DNA from: Candidatus Moraniibacteriota bacterium
Lineage (GTDB): Bacteria > Patescibacteriota > Minisyncoccia > Moranbacterales > UBA1568
Length of the DNA: 64,000 bases
Assembly (NCBI GenBank): GCA_052034935.1
Contig: JBPOIB010000001.1
Location: 74,746-138,745, forward strand
Reading direction: 5' to 3'
The notes below the pieces were generated by a model that was given only the letters and a program-made list of their open reading frames with translations, ran no database searches and had not been told where the DNA came from. Shown piece by piece: positions 56,994 to 64,000 of the stretch (its first letter is position 1; each line of letters starts with the position of its first letter). A program made the position numbers and the translations under genes.

Positions 56994-57050
56994 AGACACT
57001 TCCGTTTGGAAGTGACGCCCTTTCAGCCCCTTACCAATAGGAGTTCCGCC

Positions 57051-57818
57051 ATGAAGGCAATCTGGAAATCATTTTTCGCTTTCGTTTTCGTCCTGTCCGG
57101 CCTGAGCCCGGCCATGTCCCAGACCCTGTCTGGCGTCTGCCCAGCACCGGTGCCGACCGCGAGTCCGACCATCCCGCAAGGCGTGGCGACTGGCGACACG
57201 GCCTTCTTCGCGACCGAGACGATCGCGCCGGAGTATCAGCCGCCCTCGAACATGTACAACCAGGGCTTCAACTACCTGGTGGGCATGCTGAATGCGGTGA
57301 CGGTCTATCCGTGCGATCGCGGCAAGGCAGCCAAGATCGAACTGAACAGCCTGCGCGTCATCCAGCGTGATTTCGTTGGCGTCGAAACGGTGGTGCAGCA
57401 CGTCACCTTCGGCCGCGGCTGGCAGAAGCCCAACAGTCTGGTCTACAAGACCTTTTACCGCGAACCGGGCTGGTTCACGAGCGGTGCGCCCGAAGCGCAG
57501 CCGACGCTCGCCTCGATCGCGCAGCAGACCTACGCCGTCGACCTGCGGTCCATCCCGAAGGGTATCTTCCATGCCTGGACGAATCCGCGGACGCCGGCCA
57601 TACCCGGCTATGCCTATTTCGTCGAAGTGGTGGTCCGGGTGACGGGTGATGCGCGCCTGCAGCTCGGCATGGACTACTGGCGCGGCAGCGACTCGGACTA
57701 CACCGGCTGGACGCCCGGCTGCACCGGTTCGAACAACTGCCAAGCGTGGCTGTCGAACTGGCTCGGCGACACGAAAGGCAAGTTCGTGACCTGGCGGGCG
57801 CCGTCGATGGCCTTCTGA
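57051..57818 (+). CDS. Secreted Cys/Trp-rich protein, paralog of 56128-56877
   Basis: SD TAGGAG; signal peptide MKAIWK...AMS; same conserved blocks as its paralog. Confidence 0.85.
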   Translation: MKAIWKSFFAFVFVLSGLSPAMSQTLSGVCPAPVPTASPTIPQGVATGDTAFFATETIAPEYQPPSNMYNQGFNYLVGMLNAVTVYPCDRGKAAKIELNSLRVIQRDFVGVETVVQHVTFGRGWQKPNSLVYKTFYREPGWFTSGAPEAQPTLASIAQQTYAVDLRSIPKGIFHAWTNPRTPAIPGYAYFVEVVVRVTGDARLQLGMDYWRGSDSDYTGWTPGCTGSNNCQAWLSNWLGDTKGKFVTWRAPSMAF

Positions 57819-57861
57819 CGACTCCTGCGAGATTCCATTCTCGCGTACTCGCCTGATGACA

Positions 57862-57900
57862 AGCCTCACTTTTCGCAACCACGAAGGGTGAGGCTGTTTT
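57862..57900. terminator. Intrinsic terminator between convergent genes
   Basis: AGCCTCACTTTT...AAGGGTGAGGCT-GTTTT. Confidence 0.75.
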
Positions 57901-57904
57901 ATTT

Positions 57905-59299
57905 CTAGTAAGAATCCTGCAGCTCGCGGGGGAGCGAGTGATGGAAGAGGGCGAGGAAACCGCCGACGACGATCGCGAGGATCCACTGGACCGGGGTATT
58001 CTTGAAGACATTGTCGGAGAGGCTTGCGATGACGAGGGTCGCGAGGAGGAGTAGGAGAAGGACTGCCATGTTCTTCAGGCTGTGGCTCGGGGAAAGGCGC
58101 TTCACCTGGATGATCGGAAAGGCGAAAGTGACGAGATAGAGCACAAGGACACCGAGACCGACCAGGCCGCCTTCGACATAGAACTTCACGAAATCGTTGT
58201 GGGACTCGTTCGAGCCGAAACGTTCGCCCCGCAGCTGCTCGGAGGAGATGCGAAAGGTGTCGAGGCCGCTGCCGTAGCGGACTCGCTCTTCAAGTTGGGT
58301 CTTCAAGATCATGTCGTGCCAGAGGTTTTGCCGCCAGACGATCGATGAGTCGGCCGTCGGATTGAGCGCTTCGACGACGCGCTCCTTCACGGCCGGAACG
58401 AAAGCGGTGAGCACGATCGGGAGCAGGATGAGCGGCAGGAGGAGAAAACGAAAGCGCCAAAGCGCGAGGAGGAGTAGGAAGACAAAGAGCGCGACCCACG
58501 CGATGCGCGCGAACGTGAGGAGGAGCGTGAAGAGGACGAGGCTGATATAGAGGAGCGTGAGGAGTCGCGCACCGTCTTTCCGGGCGTAGACGATCCCGTA
58601 GATGGTCGCGACGGCGGCCACGGTGAAGAGGTAGAGACTGAAGACATTCGGATGGCTGAAGGTGCCGAAGATGCGGAGAGCGGAAACGTTCTCGTCGGAG
58701 AGTCCGATGCCGAAGGCGAACTGGTAGAGTCCGAAGGTAATCGGGATGAGACTTGAAATGAAGATCGCCATGAGAAGCCGCCGGTAATCGCGGTAGCGCT
58801 CCACACTCGCATAGGCGATGAAGCCGACGACGAAGAGGTCGAAGATGCGAAGCGCTTCCTGAGCCGTGCTCGACGGTGAGATCGAATAGACGAGGGTGCC
58901 GAGACCCCAGGTGATGACGAGGCCGTAGGGGACGACGAGCGCATAGCGGGTGAGCGCGCGGGCGTGGAGGAGGATGAAGACGATGCCGAAGCCGGCGATG
59001 CCGAGGCCGAGGAGCTGGGAAAGCGAGAGCGACAGTCCGAAGAGATCGAGCGCGAGGTATTGGGACGAATAATCGAGCGACATGCGGACCACGATGAGCG
59101 TCATGAGGAGCGCGAGCGGATTCCGGAAGAGCGCGACAATCCCGGCGATGCCCGCCATGAGCGCGACCGGGAGGAGAAGTGAGACTTTGGCGAAAACCGC
59201 GAGGAGTGCGAAAAGCGAGAATAAGGCGAGTGAAACGAGATAGGCGCGCGGGTCGGCCCAGATCGGTGTCTCTTTCAGCGCGGAAAGCTCGGGATTCAT
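57905..59299 (-). CDS. O-antigen ligase/Wzy-like family membrane protein
   Basis: RIFGTFSHPN, TFARIAW, SIVWR, GSGL, SHNDF, EGGLVG; many TM segments. Confidence 0.9.
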   Translation of the reverse strand: MNPELSALKETPIWADPRAYLVSLALFSLFALLAVFAKVSLLLPVALMAGIAGIVALFRNPLALLMTLIVVRMSLDYSSQYLALDLFGLSLSLSQLLGLGIAGFGIVFILLHARALTRYALVVPYGLVITWGLGTLVYSISPSSTAQEALRIFDLFVVGFIAYASVERYRDYRRLLMAIFISSLIPITFGLYQFAFGIGLSDENVSALRIFGTFSHPNVFSLYLFTVAAVATIYGIVYARKDGARLLTLLYISLVLFTLLLTFARIAWVALFVFLLLLALWRFRFLLLPLILLPIVLTAFVPAVKERVVEALNPTADSSIVWRQNLWHDMILKTQLEERVRYGSGLDTFRISSEQLRGERFGSNESHNDFVKFYVEGGLVGLGVLVLYLVTFAFPIIQVKRLSPSHSLKNMAVLLLLLLATLVIASLSDNVFKNTPVQWILAIVVGGFLALFHHSLPRELQDSY

Positions 59300-59958
59300 G
59301 ATGGTTTTTTCCAGACAAGCGTATACGTCATCGCGAGCCCGAAAAAGCGGTTTGGGATGAGCTTGAAGTTGTCGATACCGGCTTCTTTGGCGAGGGCGGA
59401 GAGTTCCGGACCGGTGAGGAGTCTCATATAGTCGCCGGCAGCCCAGCCTTTGCCGAGCCTCGTCGCGACCCAGTCGAAACCAGCTTTCGGAAGCAGGATG
59501 TGAAGGAGTGGAATCCGGGTGTGGATCTCGATCGGGAAATGCCGGTTCGGCATGGTGAGATAACCGCGCTTTCCCACGCGGTAGAGCTCAGTAACGAAAG
59601 CAAGCTGCTGGTCGCGTTCGCCGACGTGCTCGATGACGGCGTTCGAGTAGGCGATGTCAAACTGATTATCGGTGAACGGTAGTTTTGTCCCGTCGGCCGA
59701 AACTGCCGTGACCGACGGGTAGCGATCCTGGAATGCACTGAGATCAGATTCGATCGCGACGGCGGTGATATTTTCCGGATGCGTGTAGTGTTGCTCAAGG
59801 TAGTTATCGGACGGCGAGTATTCGGTGACGTTCACGCCAACATCGACAATCCGGTCATCTGGGCCCGGAGTCATGAGAGCGAGAAATTGAGCCCATTTCT
59901 TGGTGCGGCTTTTTTCCGAGACGGATGCGGCGAGCGCTTCGATCAATGGGAGGGGCAT
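59296..59958 (-). CDS. Class I SAM-dependent methyltransferase
   Basis: IVDVG, DGTKLPFTDNQFD, SNAVIEHV, PNRHFPIEIH. Confidence 0.9.
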   Translation of the reverse strand: MPLPLIEALAASVSEKSRTKKWAQFLALMTPGPDDRIVDVGVNVTEYSPSDNYLEQHYTHPENITAVAIESDLSAFQDRYPSVTAVSADGTKLPFTDNQFDIAYSNAVIEHVGERDQQLAFVTELYRVGKRGYLTMPNRHFPIEIHTRIPLLHILLPKAGFDWVATRLGKGWAAGDYMRLLTGPELSALAKEAGIDNFKLIPNRFFGLAMTYTLVWKKPS

Positions 59959-59998
59959 AGGGTAGGAAGAATCAAAAGGATTCAGTATACTGCATGAT

Positions 59999-61210
59999 AT
60001 GCGCGTGCTTCTCATCAACAAGTTCCACTACCTGAAAGGCGGGGCGGAACGGGCATATTTCGACACTGCCCATATTTTAACAGAAAACGGCCATGAGGTC
60101 GCTTTCTTTGCCATGAAGCATCCGGAGAATCTCACGACCCCGTGGCAGCGGTTTTTTGTCTCGCAGGTTGACTACCATGACGAGCGCGCGGGACTCTGGA
60201 CCAAACTCCGAGCTGCGGCGCATATCATTTGGAACTTCGAAGCGGCCCGGAATCTCGAAGCACTCATTCTCGAGTGGAAGCCCGATGTCGCCCATCTGCA
60301 CAATATCTATCATCAGCTCTCACCCTCGATTCTCTGGACGCTGCGGAAGCATAAGGTGCGGGTCGTCATGACGCTTCACGACTACAAGCTCATCTCGCCG
60401 AACTATAGTCTTCTGGTGCGCGGCAAGGTCTGGGATTCGACGAGTGGTGTCTGGGCGATTTTCGATCAGGCGGTCCAGAATTCGACGTTGAAAAGCGCGA
60501 TTTGCGCTTTCGAAAAATGGATTCACGGGTTTCTTCGAAGCTACAGTAAGGTTGACATGTATCTCGCGCCGAGCCGTTTCCTCATCGAGCGTTTCCGCCA
60601 GGCGGGCTTTCATCATCCGATTAAGCATATCGTCCAGCCGATCCGCCCCTTTCCACCAGAGCCGGAGTATCAGGAGGGCGGCTACTTTCTCTATTTAGGA
60701 CGCCTCGCCGAAGAGAAAGGCGTAGCGACGCTTATTGAAGCTGCGTGGGAGCTTCAGAATGAGGTGAAGATAAAAATCGTCGGGAACGGCCCGGATGAGG
60801 CGAAGCTGCGGGCTTTAGCTAAAGGACTCGGTAATATCGAGTTCCTCGGCTACAAGACTGGAGAGGAGTGGGAAGCGGTGCTCCGTGGCGCCCGCGCCCT
60901 TGTCTTACCCTCACTTTGGTATGAGAACATGCCCTATGTCATCCTCGAGGCACTGTCGCGCGGCAAGCCCGTCATCGCCTCGCGCATGGGCGGCATCCCG
61001 GAGCGGGTTATCGAGGGCGTGAGCGGCTGGCTTTTCGAAGCGGGCAATTCCAACGATCTCGTCCGGGCGATACGGAAGCTGATGCTGTTTCCGTCGCCGG
61101 AGAAACTTTCCGAGACGTGCTATAAAAGTGTTTCGGATGCTCGGCCGGAGAGCTATTATGAAGAATTGATGAAAGTCTACTCGGGTCCGCGCATTGATCC
61201 GCCCCTGTAA
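59999..61210 (+). CDS. Glycosyltransferase family 4
   Basis: GGAE, HLHN, TLHDY, GRLAEEKG, PSLWYENMPYVILEA. Confidence 0.93.
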   Translation: MRVLLINKFHYLKGGAERAYFDTAHILTENGHEVAFFAMKHPENLTTPWQRFFVSQVDYHDERAGLWTKLRAAAHIIWNFEAARNLEALILEWKPDVAHLHNIYHQLSPSILWTLRKHKVRVVMTLHDYKLISPNYSLLVRGKVWDSTSGVWAIFDQAVQNSTLKSAICAFEKWIHGFLRSYSKVDMYLAPSRFLIERFRQAGFHHPIKHIVQPIRPFPPEPEYQEGGYFLYLGRLAEEKGVATLIEAAWELQNEVKIKIVGNGPDEAKLRALAKGLGNIEFLGYKTGEEWEAVLRGARALVLPSLWYENMPYVILEALSRGKPVIASRMGGIPERVIEGVSGWLFEAGNSNDLVRAIRKLMLFPSPEKLSETCYKSVSDARPESYYEELMKVYSGPRIDPPL

Positions 61211-61227
61211 GGGTCACTTATCGACCC

Positions 61228-61256
61228 TTGCAATTTTCTATAATTCGTGCTATACT
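61228..61256 (+). promoter_or_regulatory. sigma70 promoter of a small membrane-protein gene
   Basis: TTGCAA-17 nt-TATACT with TG extension. Confidence 0.65.
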
Positions 61257-61294
61257 TTTAGACGTGTCAAATTTTTGTTCCTTAGGAGTTGATT

Positions 61295-61501
61295 TTGAGT
61301 GAAAAAAGGCATTACCGTAACCGGTATCCTGAGCTTGAGGCGGATGCAAAACACCGCCGTTCGTTGCGTCGCATCAGCTGGGGCGCAGCAATCATCTGCG
61401 TCGCGCTCGTTGGTGCGTGCATCTGGATTGTCCTCGCAGCCCAGAGTGAATCAATCACCGTCGAGGATCCCTTTCCAACCGGGAATGTGTGGAGCAGATA
61501 A
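61295..61501 (+). CDS. Small single-TM protein
   Basis: AGGAG 6 nt before TTG; basic N-terminus and TM WGAAIICVALVGACIWIVLA; own promoter and terminator. Confidence 0.6.
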   Translation: MSEKRHYRNRYPELEADAKHRRSLRRISWGAAIICVALVGACIWIVLAAQSESITVEDPFPTGNVWSR

Positions 61502-61514
61502 GTCTGCAAAGAGT

Positions 61515-61555
61515 AGGGCCCGAATGCAAACGCGTTCGGGCCCTCAAAATTTTTT
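61515..61555. terminator. Intrinsic terminator
   Basis: AGGGCCCGAATGC...GCGTTCGGGCCCT between convergent genes. Confidence 0.75.
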
Positions 61556-61576
61556 ATACGAAGGAGTGGCGGGACT

Positions 61577-63688
61577 TCAATTCTCCGCGATACGAAGGCG
61601 CGAATCGAGAATGCGGAAATCATTGCGGTCGGGGAAGGCAAGGAGCGGATTGATGTCGAGTTCTTCAATCTCCGGAAACTCGATGGCAATTTGCGAGAGA
61701 CGGGCGATGTATTCTTTGAGCCGTTCCAGATCGATCGGGTCGCTGCCGCGCGCACCGAGGAGAAGTGGTAAGCTTTTGAGCTCACCGAGCATCTCATCGA
61801 TGTCCGACGGCAGAAGCGGTGCGAAACGCATCGCGACATCCTTGAAAGTTTCGACGTAAATGCCGCCGAGGCCAACGACGACGAGCGTGCCGAGGCCCGG
61901 CTCCTTCTTCAATCCGAGGAGGAGCTCTCGCCCTCCGGTCTTGGCCATCTCAGCGATGGTTGCCCCCTCAATGCGAGCGTCGGGAACATTGGCCTGTACG
62001 GTCGCGATGAGGTGTTCGAAGGCTTGATCGGCTTCATCCGGATCGATACCGAGGAGTACGCCACCGACGTCAGATTTGTGGATGATATCGGGCGATGCGA
62101 TCTTCAGGACCACCGGAGTACCGAGGGATTCGGCGAAATGCCGCGCCTCTTCGGCGGTTGTCACGAGCGCGCTTTTCAAGAAGGGGAAATCGGCGCATTT
62201 GAGGAATTCGGCCGCCTGGTATTCGCCGAGCGAGAATTGTTTTTTTGACCGGACCTCAGTCAGGATCGCCTTTGCTTTTTCAATCTCCATCGGAAAGCTG
62301 GTAGGCGACTCGCTTTTCGCTTCGCGTTTCATCCGGGCGAAACGAGCGAGAGTCCCGAGCGCCCGCGCACCGCTTTCGGGATAGAGTAGGTTCGGAATCC
62401 GACCTTGTTGGAGGATCCGCTGGCCCTTGCCGACGAGCCGGTCGCCGGAAAACACAGTCACGATCGGGAGCGCGGGGTATTTCTTCCGGAGCCGCAGAAT
62501 CGCTTCGGCTGTTTTTTCCGCCTCGGTCATGGTCTGCGGCGTGAGGACAACGAGGATCATGTCGACCGAATCGTCACTGGCAACAACGCCAAGCGCCTGT
62601 TCGTAGCGCGCGGCGAGCGCATCGCCGAGGACATCGATCGGATTCAGGGTATTGGCGGCCGGAGGGAGGATCGCTTTGAGTGCTTCGACCGTCGCCGGAT
62701 CAAGCGAGGCGAGCGTGAGACCGCTCTCGATCGCGGCATCCGTCGCGAGGACGCCGAAGCCGCCCGCGTTCGTCACGATAGCCACTCGGTCGCCTTTCGG
62801 GAGCGGGTTCTGGTCCAAGACGAGGAGGAGCTCCATGAGCTCCTGGAAATTTCCGGCCCGGAACATCTTCGCCTGGCGGAACAGCGCATCATAGGCTGCA
62901 TCGCTCCCGGCCACTGCACCGGTGTGCGAGCTCGAGGCATGGGTTCCCGCTTCGGTCGTGCCGCTTTTCAAGGCGACGATTGGCTTCGATTTCTTTGCGC
63001 TGATATTGCTTCGGCCGAGCGTGATGAAGCCGGCGGCATCCAGGATGTTCTCGGTATACATGCCGATCGTCCGCGTATCCTCATCCTTGAAAAGATGCTC
63101 GAGGAGGCGCTTCTCATCAAGTACCGCTTTGTTGCCGATCGAGGCGAAGAGCGAGAAACCGAGTTTGTCCTGCGTGAGGTCGAGGAAAGCGCTCGTCAAA
63201 GCGCCGCTCTGCGAGAAGAACGCGATGCTGCCGGTTGCCGGAATCGACGAGGCGAAGGAGGCGTTGAGGTATTGGCTCGGATGGATGAAGCCGAGACAGT
63301 TCGGACCGAGGACGGAAATATTGAACTCTTCGGCGATTGATTGGATCTCGGCTTCGAGCGCCGCGCCGGCCGCGCCGCTTTCCTTGAAACCGGCCGAGAT
63401 GATGACGGCCGCGCGGACCATATGTTCGCCCGCCTCGCGGAGCACGGAGGGGACGATCTTGGCGGGGACGATGATGATCGCGAGCTCAGCCTTGCCCGGA
63501 ATGGCATCGAGGGACGGATAGCATGGCCGATCGAAGAGCTCATCGGTTTTCGGATTGATGAGAAAAACCTCGCCGGTGTAGTCGCTTTTAACGAGGTTCT
63601 TGGTGACGTCGTTGCCGACGGATCCCGGCGTCGTAGAGGCACCGATCACCGCGACCGAGCGGGGAGAGAAAAGGCTATGGAGAGACAT
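61577..63688 (-). CDS. Acetate--CoA ligase (ADP-forming), alpha-beta fusion
   Basis: PRSVAVIGAS, LGPNCLG, SQSGA, GNKA, SSHTG (phospho-His), TNAGG, NPID, HKSDVGGV, ELDINPL. No GNAT domain. Confidence 0.92.
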   Translation of the reverse strand: MSLHSLFSPRSVAVIGASTTPGSVGNDVTKNLVKSDYTGEVFLINPKTDELFDRPCYPSLDAIPGKAELAIIIVPAKIVPSVLREAGEHMVRAAVIISAGFKESGAAGAALEAEIQSIAEEFNISVLGPNCLGFIHPSQYLNASFASSIPATGSIAFFSQSGALTSAFLDLTQDKLGFSLFASIGNKAVLDEKRLLEHLFKDEDTRTIGMYTENILDAAGFITLGRSNISAKKSKPIVALKSGTTEAGTHASSSHTGAVAGSDAAYDALFRQAKMFRAGNFQELMELLLVLDQNPLPKGDRVAIVTNAGGFGVLATDAAIESGLTLASLDPATVEALKAILPPAANTLNPIDVLGDALAARYEQALGVVASDDSVDMILVVLTPQTMTEAEKTAEAILRLRKKYPALPIVTVFSGDRLVGKGQRILQQGRIPNLLYPESGARALGTLARFARMKREAKSESPTSFPMEIEKAKAILTEVRSKKQFSLGEYQAAEFLKCADFPFLKSALVTTAEEARHFAESLGTPVVLKIASPDIIHKSDVGGVLLGIDPDEADQAFEHLIATVQANVPDARIEGATIAEMAKTGGRELLLGLKKEPGLGTLVVVGLGGIYVETFKDVAMRFAPLLPSDIDEMLGELKSLPLLLGARGSDPIDLERLKEYIARLSQIAIEFPEIEELDINPLLAFPDRNDFRILDSRLRIAEN

Positions 63689-63732
63689 TTTTTGTGTTGG
63701 TTCACTTCCTAGTTTACCTGAGGCGGAGGCAA

Positions 63733-63761
63733 TTGACAAAAGCACCGCTCCCTGGTAGTAT
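63733..63761 (+). promoter_or_regulatory. sigma70 promoter
   Basis: TTGACA-17 nt-TAGTAT. Confidence 0.75.
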
Positions 63762-63800
63762 CGTCAATCACGGTCAAACCGTTTAATGCTCAGAACACGT

Positions 63801-64000
63801 ATGAAAGAAACGCTCCTCCACCAGTGGAATACCTGGAAAAACGGCCTGCTCGCGCTCGGTCTTGTTCTCGCTGTCCTCGGTCCGGTTGTCGCTTTCGGCG
63901 GCTCGAAGGCGATCTATGTCGATAAGGATAATGACGGTTCGGAAGACGGTTCGCGCAACCACCCGTACCAGAGTATCGACAAGGCACTCCGCAAAGCCAA
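63801..64000 (+). CDS. Exported protein with DUF1565/beta-helix-type N-terminus (truncated by window end)
   Basis: Signal/TM segment then IYVDKDNDGSEDGSRNHPYQSIDKAL. Confidence 0.75.
   Translation, partial: MKETLLHQWNTWKNGLLALGLVLAVLGPVVAFGGSKAIYVDKDNDGSEDGSRNHPYQSIDKALRKA

Noticed and set aside
51212-57904. Integron cassette array or prophage
   Set aside because: No intI, attC-like repeats or phage structural/replication genes recognised, and the units carry their own promoters.
53377-57986. Long minus-strand ORFs across the island (53377-54522, 54598-55446, 55516-56619, 57069-57986)
   Set aside because: Expected from G/C-rich third positions; signal peptides, SDs, promoters and terminators all support the plus strand.
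61577-63688. Protein lysine acetyltransferase (Pat/YfiQ)
   Set aside because: No GNAT domain, and both catalytic His motifs of ADP-forming ACD are retained.
1-64000. CRISPR array, rRNA, transposase, reverse transcriptase
   Set aside because: No tandem direct repeat-spacer series or diagnostic motifs seen. The two CCCGTTAGAGAT elements are dispersed inverted repeats, not an array.

Overview
Chromosomal window from a Patescibacteria (CPR) bacterium, probably Parcubacteria/Moranbacteria-like. That placement is inferred from the short ProRS, archaeal-type AspRS, UMP kinase and ADP-forming acetate-CoA ligase, the LamG protein, and core genes that mostly lack Shine-Dalgarno (SD) sequences. Core content: xseAB, 2-oxoacid:ferredoxin oxidoreductase, an Rrf2-led SUF operon with ferredoxin, dus, ftsB-prsA-htrA, proS-pyrH-ispH, a membrane-anchored Clp-like ATPase, aspS, mreBCD-mrdA, greA, lysS, tRNA-Val(CAC), serS, tRNA-Lys(TTT), frr, rseP, surface-polysaccharide genes and acd. 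Unusual content: (1) an island at 51.3-57.9 kb, inside the polysaccharide region, encoding six SD-led exported proteins in promoter/terminator-bounded units, including a membrane-anchored LysM protein with a probable ~12-strand beta-barrel in a lineage without an outer membrane; (2) two ~100-bp elements with identical inverted ends (CCCGTTAGAGAT...ATCTCTAACGGG), 6-bp flanking duplications and unrelated interiors; (3) a PurD-like ATP-grasp + DMT transporter + 7TM histidine kinase + double-receiver cluster resembling a signal synthesis/export/sensing module; (4) an SD-led pyrD-pyrC pair; (5) a tRNA-3'-end-mimicking element after tRNA-Lys. No CRISPR array, rRNA, transposase or integrase was recognised. 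All family calls are from motif recognition by eye; no searches were run.
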